Position numbers and translations under genes: made by a program. Shown here piece by piece: positions 25,260 through 63,841 of a stretch of DNA of 64,000 nucleotides. The DNA lies in assembly GCF_037042905.1 (NCBI RefSeq), contig NC_087251.1, positions 11,844,001-11,908,000 of the forward strand. The letters are read 5' to 3'. The notes under the pieces were generated by a model. It saw only the letters and a list, made by a program, of their open reading frames with translations, had not been told where the DNA came from and ran no database searches. The DNA is from Lytechinus pictus. Its lineage: Eukaryota. Every line of letters begins with the position of its first letter. Within the stretch, counting starts at the first letter, position 1.

Positions 25260-26221
25260 CGGGTGCAAATGAGCAAATGTAAAATTGTCGTATTCGTTGT
25301 TCGTCGATATATACGCGGATTGAATCGGAGTCGCCGAGCGAAACATGGGAATCTGATTAGACCAAAAGCTTCAGTCTCTGTATTTTGGTTGTTCCGCTGA
25401 ACTACGTTGGCTCCACTCACCATACATAGACTGAAGGGGATGGGGCCCCGTACCTACAGCCAACGTATAGTGAACTAGCGTTATATAGATCGCGATTTAA
25501 AACTGTTTTTTAAGCAAAATTGAAAGTTTCATGGTTTCCATTATCAGGGAAATATAAATAACTTAAGTAATTGCATACCTTGGGCCGGAGTTATTGAAAA
25601 AAATCCTCTGGATGATTGAGAAATCTGTCATCTAAGACATTTTCACCTGACCTGACCGTTTTTCTTGCAAGTTGCCATCTTGAATGACGTCATTATCGTT
25701 ATTAACTTAATGTCTCGAATCGATATATCGCGATTATAACTAGTACTAGTACTAGTATAACTAGTATCGTTTATCTTCGGTTTCGTTCGCATATGGAGCA
25801 GATCGTATAATATCGAAAGCAATATCGATATCACATTCGTGATTGTTGACGTTCGTTTGTAAATATTTTATAGTTTGGCTGCCATTTTGACCATTTTTAT
25901 CGTGTTCAACCCAATTAAACATCGGTAAAGTATATTTTTCATGCCTTTTTCATCTATATCGTTTAAAGTATTTAAACATTCGAATATCAAGGTCTAAAAG
26001 TTTGTTGTTTATACATCCTTAGATTGTAAATTCGATGTGTAAAATTACATCAAACTTTGGACTGTGAATTGACAAAAGGGAGGGAATGAGAACACATGCG
26101 AGCCCACACGTACACCCTACCGTCGGTAAATGGGGATTACAGTAAAATGTCAGAAATTGTTGAATAAATCCCCAGAAACGACGGTTATTCCTGTCTAGAA
26201 TCTGATCTGCTCAATTTTCGG

Positions 26222-26784
26222 CGCTAATGCAGTTTCGCACCGGCCGATTACCAGCATAACTCATCACCAATACTTGTTCCCAAATGTCATGAAAAGTCTT
26301 TCAGTCACATTTCGAGGTCAATATACTCACCTCTTTTCCAAATATCGCGATCGGGAACGGCTGTATTTCAGCTTTGATCTCGATGTCGTGTTCGAATCCT
26401 CAGACATCACTTCGCCATGTTCGCGGATCACTTGGAATCGCCGTAATGTTGATAGATATGGACTGAAGTTAGCAACCAAATCATGCAAACATGTGGCGAA
26501 CAAACTGCCAGCATGCTGCAGGCGAATCTTTTGGTCGCATAACTTCAGTCCATATCAACATTATTTACGGCGAATCCAACCGATCCGCGAAGTGATGTCT
26601 GAGGATTCGAACGACATCGAGATCAAAGCTGAAATACAGCCGTTCCCGATCGCGATATTTGGAAAAGAGGTGGGTATGTTGACCTCGAAATGTGACTTAG
26701 AGAATTGTCATGACATTTGGGAACAAGTATTGGTAATGGTGATGAGGTATGCTGGTAATCGGCCGGTGCGAAACTGCATTAGCA
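26222..26784. repeat. Long palindrome (~260-bp arms, centre ~26505)
   Basis: GCTAATGCAGTTTCGCACCGGCCGATTACCAGCAT.. mirrored by ..ATGCTGGTAATCGGCCGGTGCGAAACTGCATTAGC along the full arm length. Confidence 0.9.
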
Positions 26785-27263
26785 CCCAATTTTCTGCACA
26801 AATGAGACGAAAACTGGGTAAAATTGATGAATATTTTCGCAGATACGATGCTTAGAAGATTAGGTGGTCGATATGGGGTAGTTCCAACCATATATGTCAA
26901 AATATTAATAAAACATCATCATGGAGTCCTCAACATCCCTCAGGCTCAAGACTAAGCCTAAGCCTAAGGTCATGCCAGCGGCGGCAGCGGCTAACCAAAG
27001 ACCAACCAGCCACCGGCCACCGCGGGTCCAGGCTAGGCCTCTGCTCGGTCGTTACCCGCAGGCCGCAGAAGGCCCGGGCCACGGACATTCAACACACGTC
27101 ATCGCAATCATTAATAAAATGATCAAAACAAATCACCGATTTCTAAGCCTATAAATTATCAAAGAGACAAACAAAAACCATTGGTTACCACTGACATAAA
27201 TTTTCCTACCAGAATCTTAAAATGAACAGCTTTATGATAAAATACCAATGTTAACATATCTTT

Positions 27264-27630
27264 CTTACCTTCCTATTCCTACTTTTTCGTGAAATAATAA
27301 CTGGTCGCCATTTGCACATATTTATACGGAACTATTTCACGCGGAAGCGATGTGTGTTGTTTTTGTTTGTAACCCATTACGTTTTGTATAATTTTGATAT
27401 TTTTCATCTATAACATAAAAATTGAATTGAAATAATAAAGCTAGCTTAGTAATTACTTAACCCGTGTAGTCATAACAAAAACTTTTGAAAAATATTCATC
27501 GAAACGGGAAACCCCGCGGGAAACTACATTATTTACAGCGAACGATTTGTATTTCTAAATGGTAAGCAGGCGCTTCAGCGAGAGCCTCAGCGAAAATGAT
27601 TCATATTATAATTAGGGTTGCTATGGTCAC
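27264..27630 (-). promoter_or_regulatory. Candidate CDKL1 promoter / non-coding first exon
   Basis: X-box GTTGCTATGGTCAC 27617-27630; YY1-like CGCCATTT ~27306-27313; minus-strand donor G|GTAAG at 27264-27269; CpG-rich. Inference only. Confidence 0.4.
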
Positions 27631-28468
27631 GGCTTTGTGTCTCCTAAACATCAATAAAAAGTTATTCAGGTCACGAGAAAAGAGATGGACTATTCAGACC
27701 AATAATGTTGAAGCACAGTCTATACCTAGAACAAAACGCGGATTGAATTCGAAATATTGCATGCCGCTGATAATCATCCTGACCTAAATAAATAATTTGC
27801 TCTGAATTGCCACTGAAATTTCTTGAAAGACCCATTCAGGACGATCCCGGGGAGATGGGAGGACGTCACTGTTAACCAGGAGCTGGACATAAAAGAACAG
27901 AAGATCCTGCGTCAAGAAACTGAACTTAATTCTACCTTATTCTTCCTTATTCTAATAATCTAGGTAGGGGGATGGCCTGTGTAATCATCCCCCAATAACT
28001 TGAGGTCGAACATTTATATTTTTAGTGATGAATCATAATGACAAGTTATATTAAATCATAATAATTGTTATCATCATTATTACTATCATTATCATCATTT
28101 TTATTATAATTATAATCATGATATCAATGATAATTATGATGATTATCACAATTATGTTAGCGAAGGTTATCGTATTTACGCATAATGACCATTGATATTG
28201 TTTTGCTCATAATTTTCTTATGTTAAATTTCTTTCGGACACTGTTAACAGATGCATGGAGAAGAGAGCGAAAAAGAAAATCCAGGATGAAATAGAATAAC
28301 GTGTTCATGAACATGATAATGCTATTATACTTGCATTTTCTTTAAAATTTTCTCCTTCACGCAACCAATCGCATGTGGTGTGCCCCCTTTATTATTTTTA
28401 TCATCATTTGAAATATCACTTCATTTTTTTTTTAGTTTTCCTTATTCAAGTTAAATAAGAGAAGAAAA

Positions 28469-28583
28469 CAGAGGCGGCGGAACGTCAGGCTCATACAATG
28501 AAAGTGGAGGGGCACCTATTGTTTGGCAGACAAAAGGTGCCCCTCCACTTTCTTTGTCCGATCGTGATGTTCCGCCGCCTCTG
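28469..28583. mobile_element. 115-bp hairpin hAT-type MITE
   Basis: TIR CAGAGGCGGCGGAAC / GTTCCGCCGCCTCTG; 8-bp TSD GAAGAAAA on both sides. Confidence 0.85.
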
Positions 28584-28689
28584 GAAGAAAATACAAATGA
28601 AATGAGAATTGACATCTAAAAGAGTGTATTAATAGATATAGTCATAAAAACCGATGAAAGTCCTCAAAACGGTCCACTGAAAAGTTTTC

Positions 28690-31600
28690 AGGTCATTTTT
28701 TCAAAATTTTTAGCTCGCCCATCGCGCCCGCATTATTGATATAGGGCCTAAGTCTATACCTAGTCTTGTAGAAAAAAAACTAACAGCTAACATTATATAC
28801 AATAAGTGAAATTTCGAAGAGTGCATGGTTAAAAGGGATATTATTAACAATGAAAACTGATAAGAGTCCTAATAATGCACTCATTTTCATGTCATTTTTT
28901 TTCTTCAAAATTTTGAGCTGGCGCTTCGCACTCGCATTATTTATTCAATTCAATTCAAAGTCTTTTTTATTCGCATAAATAAATGCACATACAAAGATTT
29001 AAAAAATATAATATTTTTCATTACGAATACATAACTAATAAGTGTTTAGTTTTGTAGAAAACAAGATAGTTATATACATCATATTTGAAATTTGGTCTTA
29101 AGAACTACCCGCCTCCCCCACTGCCAGACGTGGAGTTGGGAGGCCATGGATCCCCAAGAGAATTTCTCGACAAAGAAAGGAGAAAATAAAGAAATGAAAG
29201 TGAAAAGGGTGAAATAAGATATATATTTTAAAATATCATGCCAAAATCTATCTAAAAATTAAATTTTGTATTAAAATTGTCAATTTTTTTGCTCGCTCAC
29301 ATGCAGCCTTTTCGCTTGCAGCCTTTTTTTTTAATTATACATTTTGCCTTTTATACCATATCTGCCCCCCTAAATAATGTTAGACCCGTAATGCCACAGA
29401 TGATACAGATCCCCCTTCAAACTAAGTGAAAAAAAATTCACAGATAACAATATTTGTGTCATTCGATCGCCCCAACAATGAAAATATTGGGGGGGGGGAC
29501 CACTAGCGTACCTACGGGGGGGCAGAGGGGGCAGTCTGCCCCCCCTGACGAGCCACAACCCATGCAAAGGACGTATCCCTGCCCCCCCTGACGAGCTTGA
29601 AGACCTTTATTGCCCCCCCCCCCCTGACGAGCTTGAAGACCTTTTTTTTTTTTTTTTTGCTTGTCAAATTTTTTTCTGGTACGAAATCCTTCATTTGTGA
29701 TTGAAGACCTTTTTTTTTTTTTTTTTTTTTTTTTTGCTTGTCAAATTTTTTGGCGGACGGTTTTGCCCCCCCCCCTGTGAAAAATCCCAGGTACGCCACT
29801 GGGGGGGACATATCGTTTTGCCCCCTCCCAATAATTCCGGATGTGCAAAAATAAAATAAGATTGTAATGTTGCACATAAATCGACAAGCAAGATTGAGAT
29901 AGACAACTCCTTCTTTATTTAAAATCGTGCTCAAAATGACCACTTTTAAGATTGGAATATACAATTCTTCAGATCGAGCTTCGCGCTCACATCATTTCTC
30001 TAGCAAAAACCAATACTTTTCATGATTAAATAAATGAATAGAATGTCCCGTTTTCAGTTCTAAACCTCAAAAGAATTCCCGCTTCGATTTGCAATATAAT
30101 CTTTTGTTGGATATAATTATACTTTGTTCTTTATCAAAAACGTCCATTAAACTGTCAATGTTTTTTAAATCGAAATATCAAAATTTTCAGCTCGCGTGCT
30201 TTGCGCTCGCATATCTTGTTCTTTTAGATACCCATCTTAATCATTGGTACCAAAAAATGCTTAGAATATAAAGCTTTCAGGTCAGAATATAAAGAAATTT
30301 CAGCTCGCTATCTGTGTAGTGAGATATGTATCCTCCTCTTTAGTTACTACAAACAATCCTAAATAGGTCCATTTTTTCCTGTTTTCGGGTCAGTATACGA
30401 AAAATTTCAGCTCGCGTTTCGCGCTCGCATTAATTTGTTGGTGAGATATGTATGTATATATATATATACATTATATTATATATATATATATATATGTCTA
30501 TGTGTGCGTGTGTGTGTGTGTGGATGGGTGGGTGAGTTTGTTTGTTTTGTGTGATCACGCGCCTTTGGAACGTTGATTCATGATTTTGCCCCCCCCCCCC
30601 AATCTGAAAAATGGATCGACGCCCCTGTGTGCAAAATATTTTATTCTTTTGTTGAATCAAAGAAAACTTCAGATTTCTTTTGAGTTTTTCGGAAAATGTT
30701 AATATTATTCTCACTGTTTTATTTGTTACGCATATGTCAGTACCTATCATGTACAGGTAAGACCATAGAGATATTAATAGCTCCATGGGTAAGACAGTGC
30801 ATAATTAATATTTGGATAAAAGAGAGTCTAAGATGAAAATGATATACCACTGAAAGTGGGACGATGGGGAGCGGACTTTCGAATCATCTAAAATCTATCG
30901 CCTTCGTACATATAGGTGGCGGAAGCGGGGGGGGGGGGCTCGTCCTCCCTAAATTTCAGGTGGGGGACAGTCCCCCCTAAAAAAGAAAGAGAGAGGAAGA
31001 AGAAAAAAGAAAGAAAGAAAGGAGAAAGGAAGGAATAAAGAAAGAAGAAAGAAAAAAGAAAAAAGAAAAGAGGAAAGGAAAAGGATAAACGATAACAAGT
31101 GTATAGGCCTACTGAACTGCTGAAACAAAAAATGTTACTTATAAAGAATAGCGAAAAATAACAATGTTTGCTATGGAAAATAGTACACAAGGTTTAAACT
31201 CGTTTCTACGATTTTGTTAATAAAAACAATTGACAAGCCCCCCCCCCCTCCCCCCCAAAAAACAGTTTTTTCGCACCAACATGAAGGAGGTTTAGATCAA
31301 ATACCTCCATTATGTAATTCGGGAATTTGTTTGTTACCCTTCATAATGCAAATGTTATAAGAGAAATAACGAATAGTAGTGAAAAGACTGGAAACACAAA
31401 ATAAAGAAAATGCGCGCAACTTTCCAAGCTCACTCTTTGCGCAAGGCTATATAAGCTCGCATTTCCTCATTTCCCACATTCAAATTCAATTCGGTTTATT
31501 GCATACAAATTTCGCAGAATATAGAAAAAATATATAAAATTAATAAATAGGCCTACTTGCGAATTAATAGAATAAGAAATATTAATATTATTATAGTGCA

Positions 31601-32490
31601 CGATTAATTATTGCACTTTAGGTTTACATATATAGCTAGTACATCATTTAGTGATATTTAATTTTTTTTTATATAGATCTAAAAGAAAAAAAAAATGGTT
31701 ATTGGTTGTTGCCTGGTATTATATCTTAACAAAAAATAATGCGATTAACTTGACGATTTTAGAATGTTGATTTCGAATAAATATTTTTTTTACGAAATAC
31801 CCTCTGGAAATATCAGAATTCTGAAGCTGCCAGGGGCTTTGCTCCCTGGATCCCAACCGCCGCGGGTTTCGCGCTACGCGAAGAATAAAAAAAATTGGAA
31901 AAAAGGGAAGAGAAAAATTAGAGCAAGATAAAACAAAAAAGAAGAAATGTGAATAAAAGAAGGGGAATAATAGGAAAATAAAAAATCGGGTCCATAAAAA
32001 TGAAAATTTTGCTTGCGCTTTGCGCTTGCATTCCCTGTACAAGAAAATAATCTGCTCACAAGGGTTAGGTCCATGGTTACATGGAGCTTTGAATATCCCA
32101 TTTTAAAGTCAATAAGCACAAATCATTTTGCTCGCGAATCGAGTTTTCATTACTAAAAAATTACTGAATATAAAAAACGAATACGTATTCTCTTCATGAA
32201 TTAGTGTTCCCTTTTTAATTCGGTATATCACTTATTTTCATCTCGCTCATTACTCTCGCATGAAATGTTTAGTTGGATATCCATGCTTTTCATGATTACC
32301 GAAAGTGCTTAGAATGTCTAATTTATATATATATATATATAACATCATAATTGATTTTTTTAATCACTAGCTCTCCTTTTCTTTGATTGATTTTCATCTA
32401 AATATTTTTTCTGTTCTCTCGTTAGGGTAAACTTCCTTAACTCTTTCTTTTGAAGGATGCTTTAAGTTTCCTCGCTCGCTACGCTCGCTG
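28690..32490. repeat. Cluster of dispersed AAATTTTCAGCTCGCGCTTCGCGCTCGCAT-like repeats with G/C homopolymers and microsatellites
   Basis: About ten degenerate copies (e.g. ~28710, 28915, 29290, 29975, 30185, 30405, 32010, 32470); (TA)n/(TG)n at 30452-30520; purine tract 30981-31085. Confidence 0.65.
29501..29801. mobile_element. hAT-type MITE (CAGTGGCGTACC family)
   Basis: CACTAGCGTACCT / AGGTACGCCACTG termini; 8-bp TSD GGGGGGAC at 29493-29500 and 29802-29809; internal CCCCCCTGACGAGC repeats. Confidence 0.8.
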
Positions 32491-32905
32491 GTACGGTTTT
32501 AGCTGATTCGGAATCGAGATAACCAACAGATTTGGCAAAATATAATTATGACCAAAACAGAAGAAAATAGAGGGGAGGCAGGGACCGTTGAAAGGTTTTG
32601 GAAGCGTTTAACTTTAGGGGCCGGGCTGACCGTGCAAAAAAACCCCCACAAATAGGCCTAATCACATTTTTAGGTCTTTAATGAAAAAAAGGGGTACTGA
32701 ATTAAATGAACTTATGCCCCCATTAAGCCCCCACTCCCCCATTTCCGTGGTAGCTAAATCTTGGAAGAGAATGCACACAGGTATCTGGCAGAATCTGAGG
32801 ATCTACTATTGCTTATTTTTGGTAAAAAGAGTGAAAAGTGTAAACTTTGTGAATAACCGGCTCTCCCTGTCGACTGTACAGGGATATATGGAATTAAAGC
32901 TTCAC

Positions 32906-33024
32906 TCTGCTATAGTAACTGTGGCCATGTGATCACTATTAGCCAATCAGATTCGTCAGCTAATTGTCGTCGGATCAACTTGAAGAACTGGGGATATCGG
33001 AGGTCAGACGGAGCAGAGGTGAGA
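32906..33024 (+). promoter_or_regulatory. Candidate LRRC9 promoter / non-coding first exon
   Basis: X-box-like TCTGCTATAGTAAC 32906-32919; NF-Y box AGCCAATCAG 32941-32950; donor GAG|GTGAGA at ~33018. Inference only. Confidence 0.45.
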
Positions 33025-33430
33025 ACACAACTAAATCTGACTTTTCAGAGTGATTGTTAATTCATATGTTAGTATTTTAACTTGTGTATATATGTATAAA
33101 TGTTTCGCATATAGTTCATATTTTGGGGTAGAACATATTGTCTGGATAGGCGAGATAACTTCATGTAATTGAGCGCTTGAGGCCAGCGATACTGTCCACT
33201 TCCGTAGGCCGGTGGGCCTGGCGTCTATTGGACTCGTCGTTCGATGGGCCATCACGTAGCTGTCGCGATGTCGCCTGCCGGAGTCTCTGGATTCTGACTC
33301 TCACTTTGTCAGTGCGGCGTGGACGGTGGATAACTGAGTCGTGCATGGTTATTATGATTCAGACAGAAGTTGTTATTCTATGAAAATATAAAAAAAAACA
33401 TGAATACTAAATGGAAGGCAAGATCCTAGA

Positions 33431-34152
33431 TAGACAGCTGGCAGCCGTCTGTTTCGAGGAGTTAAATTAAAAAAAAAAAAGATTTCTTTTTTGTATGGCA
33501 GTAAATATCCTTAAAATCTGACATCATCAACGTGAAAAGCGACGTAAAATTACCCTTTGGGATAAGTTTCTTCAGGATGAAAATATTGCCAAAACTAAAA
33601 AAAGATCGGCAAATTTGTCAGCGTTAGCGCTCGTTCCGAAGAATTTTTATATTCTCAACAAGCATCACGATATCATCCTTTTGCAAGCAGATATCATCAA
33701 AAATGTGAGTTCATTGTGGTACTGACTAATTCTATGGCATTTTGTCGTAAATTTGATATAAGTATCTCACCTTTTGAGCTTGAGTTTTTGTTTAAATCTC
33801 CTCAAAAACTTTTGTCCGCGAAGTTAGGTCACACATTTTCAGAACGGTTTTCCAGCACAGCGCGCATTCGTCGATCGGAATAGAATTTTGAGATCGCGAC
33901 ACCGGCGAAACCCCTTGACCTACTTCACATTTTTGCCAATGATTTTATAGTTTACGATCTTGCTGTCAATGTAACTATTTCTTAAATTGGTTTTGCATAA
34001 ATTGTGAATATTTTGTGAACAAATCTAAGCCTGAAGAATATTTTTGAAAAGTCCGCGAAGTTTGGACACCCCATCATACTAGTTTTAAATTTTATTTCTC
34101 CTCGTACCGTACACAGATGACTCGCAATCGTGCAGCCGCCATTAGGGGTTAA
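33431..34152 (-). mobile_element. piggyBac-like element end, inverted homologue of 23753-23873
   Basis: Ends CTCGCAATCGTGCAGCCGCCATTAGGGG|TTAA; TAGACAGCTGGCAGCCGTCTGTTTCGAGGAGTT at 33431-33463. Confidence 0.55.
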
Positions 34153-35032
34153 CAGTGCAAAATCTCCCCGACAGGGCTCATCAATTTTTGTCTTTATTTC
34201 ATTAAAATATATAAGAACTGGACCAAAATAAAGATTGTTATTCTGTTTTGGCTTGAAATGCACCATATATATGCACCCTAATGGGGAAAGAAACAGTGAC
34301 TTACTTCGGCTGTCGTGCAACCCTCACTTCCCTGGTTTATCCGAACTTTATACATAAACATATGGCCATTGAGTCCCTGTATAGATCGAGTTAGAACTTC
34401 GATCTCTGTAATTGGTGAGTGGAGCCAACGGAGTTCAGCGGAACAACCAATTAACAGAGAACGAAGCTTTTGGTCTAGATCCTAGAGTAAAAATCTCTCT
34501 AAGGAAATATGAAGTTGGACTAGATCTATGTCAAGGGTTTCACTGGTGGTATTGTGATCTAAAAATTCTGTGACTAACGTTAATATGGCGATTGACTACA
34601 ATATCTTGTAAGTGCGCGTTCAGCTGAAAAAGTGCCATAAAAAAATGGGACCTTAAATTTGTGCATGATCGTTTTGCAAAGCTTTAGACAAGAATTCATG
34701 CAGAAAAGTATGGTAATTAGATTAGATTGAGGATAAAATGCCATAAGATTGGTTGGTGTTACATTTTACAATTTGTTTGAAGACCTCAAGTGATTTCTTG
34801 ATGCTTGTTGAGAAGTTCATATTTTCTTGGAACAGACAAAAAAAAGGTATAAAAATCTGCCAATGTTTTGCCAATTATTTCACAAAATGCAAGAAAAAAT
34901 GCTATAGGCCTACTGAATAATTTTTGGTTGCTTTTTCTGTTGGTAATGGCTAATGTCAGTTTTTAAAGATATTGATTAAATAATGAGATATCTGACCTTG
35001 CACAAAATAAGGTAACATGTGAATTAAGGTTA

Positions 35033-36719
35033 GGGGAGACCGGGGTTAGTTGGAACATGGGGTAAGTTGAAACATTGTAATTTTCTTTAACGTCTTTAAA
35101 TAAATTTCTGCAATACTGCCCTCAAGTTATTGTCATTATCAAGAGCCATCCACCATATTACAGACAACACATGTGCAACAAGCCTGGTGAAGTTAGAAAC
35201 AAATTTTTGTTTTTTGACCTTCTGAGTAATTTTTTTCTCGTTCAGAAATGTTTGATTATCTCAGAGAAGTTTATAGATCAAGTTGGCCAGTTTGGGGGTA
35301 TACTATAATAGACACTTATACCAAGCTACAAAATGAGGTTATTAATATGCCATGGTGAAGTCCCTTTTTTGTGCTGTAAGCTTATAAATGTCAAATGGGC
35401 CTCCGGGGTTAGTTGGAACAAAGTTGAAGGGGCTAGTTGGAACATGTTCCAACTTACCCTAAACATCATAATCAAACATCATAATTTTTCAACCAAAAGT
35501 CATAAATGTATGATTTACTTTTGCTGGTTCAAATAGATTCATTTTATACTATTTATGATCGCAAAAGACTCCTGACAAAGTTCATCGGAAAAAACAAAGT
35601 TCGGAAAACAAAAATACTAATTAAAAAAAAAGATATTTGTTATAAATGTGAAAATTGATACTCTCACCAAAAATTAGCATACTACTAGCTTAATAAATAG
35701 AGTTAAAGGCAAAAACATAGCAAAAAAAGCAAATTTCTGAAAAATTTTATATGCTTATTTGCATAATTCATTATGAAAAAAATATAAACAATTAATTTTT
35801 GTCTTATAAATTTGATGCAGAAGTACATGAAATTGCTGAGAGTACACCTAATTGCATGTAAACTCAAATGCACCCAAATATGCGGAATTCTACTACACAG
35901 TCTGCTTGTGTGAGTGGCTGTATAATAGAAAGCATAAATTTCAATGAATCCACACTTTAATATTTTGAACTTGAATAAGATAAAGCAAATAGGCTAAAGG
36001 CGACCGCACACCTTACGACTGGTCTGTGACCCAATTTTGGAACAAATCGCATTTTGCTCATTTTTTGAAGATGTGAATGGAACATATCATTTTATTTGAG
36101 GTTAAAATTAATTGAAATAATAATATTATAACCATTTTGAAAGATTGCAAGCCCTTATTTTGGAGTAAAGTCCAAATTAGTTTCAAATCGTAGCCAATCG
36201 TACGACTGCTATGACGTCATTACGACTAGATATCAAATTCGCTTTTATTCTAAGAAGGATGATAGCATAGTCACAAATTTGATCATATGTATTCGTACGA
36301 TGATTTAGAACATTTCACAGTAAGATATTCCAAGTCTAAATATTAGCATCAAATACTACTACATTTTATTCTAAAATCGGGTCGCAGACCAGTCGTAAGG
36401 TGTGCGGTCGCCTTAAACCATGTGATATTACAGTTTTAAGTAGTTTAAGTATAATTCTTAATTGACCATGTAGTGTTCCAACTTACCCCATACCATGTTC
36501 CAACTTACCCCGATATGGGGGTAAGTTGGAACGTTTGCGATGGTCTTGTTCAAGTTGGATTTTTTCAGTAACCATGATGGAGTTAAAAATTTTATGGGGT
36601 ACATTTGAAGCCCTGAGATATATGCTTCAAGCTGATGTATCGATTGTTTCTCGAATAAAATCTATTTGGATTTTACAGCCATTTCTGTCAAAAATGTTCC
36701 AACTAACCCCGGTCTCCCC
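35033..36719. mobile_element. TA-flanked non-autonomous DNA transposon (Tc1/mariner/pogo-like)
   Basis: TA|GGGGAGACCGGGGTTAGTTGGAACA ... TGTTCCAACTAACCCCGGTCTCCCC|TA; internal GGGGTAAGTTGGAAC sub-repeats. Confidence 0.85.
35998..36413. mobile_element. Harbinger-like MITE nested in 35033-36719
   Basis: TAA|AGGCGACCGCACACCTTACGACTGGTCTG ... CAGACCAGTCGTAAGGTGTGCGGTCGCCT|TAA. Confidence 0.85.
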
Positions 36720-37866
36720 TACACCACCATACATGTACATACATTTTGTGTTATTATGGAATTTCTGTGACTTAACAACAGCTTCATGATTGGTTTCCTA
36801 TTTAGATCTAAATTTACATGATTTAGATTGAACGCTACACCTCAATATACTTATTTATTGTATGATGGGGTTTCCAAACTTCAAACACATTGTAGAAATA
36901 GTCATCAGGATAAAATTCAATCACAAAATGTTTATGCTAAACAAATTCAAATATGAGATAAATGACAGTGCACGAAATATGGACACTTGGCAATACACAA
37001 GAGTGAACTCAATGACAAGTAATTTTCAGAGATAAAAATCAGATTTCAATTTTTCACTATGGCTTGTGGTATATCCGTTGCTGAATATGTAAGCAAATTG
37101 GAGTTCCTAACTTAGGTAAGGACCTAGTAAACTGGGGCAAATCTCTCTGAAAATAGATATCTTTTTATCAAACTTATTTATCACAGTCTCTGATATTGGA
37201 GAAGATCTCCCAAACAGGAAAGAGTATCTGACATTTGCTGCATGTGTGCTTCAGCCGATCTAGATCCTCTATACTGTCTTACAGTAAGTTAAGTTGCAAT
37301 TTGATTCAATCAAGGATGATTAAGTAGAGGTGGTATAACAGCAAACAATTCTATTCGAACAACATTTGAAGCTTTTAGCAAGAAGTATGTCAGGCATGCA
37401 CTTTGCTCAATCTTCCCTACAAATGGCTAGACAAAAGGCATCAAAGTCAACATTGCTGCTGGAGTTTCTGTTTTGAGTTCTTAGAAATGAATAGCTGCTT
37501 GAATAGATGTGTTGCCTCTTCGAACTCTATTCTTAAAAAATTTCTTGGTCAAATCTATCTCAATAATGAACAAGATCTATGGTCTATTAAAGCGAATTAC
37601 ACCTGAGAATGTATATTTTAATGAAATATAGATTTTACCCGTCAATGACAACATTTTAAATCTCAAGAGATTTCATCTTTTCAGTCTTGAGACTTTTCTT
37701 CAGGCTTGTAATAAATTGTTATCAATTGAATGAAATGGTTATTGTGTATCTATTATTTCATTTATCAAAAGATGCTCTGAACATTATTTTCTCCATTTAC
37801 AGACAAAACTATGGAAATTGCCTGTGGATACCATTGTAAATGATGGACAACACAAAAGACTGAGTC

Positions 37867-63841
<25,975 letters not shown>

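Noticed and set aside
26274..26855. 193-aa ORF
   Set aside because: Runs across both arms of a DNA palindrome, has a non-ATG start and no recognisable motif; likely a by-product of GC content.
23441..34160. Truncated MITE at 23441 split by a 10-kb piggyBac insertion
   Set aside because: The missing MITE half does not resume after the TTAA at 34149-34152, so a clean single insertion is not demonstrated.
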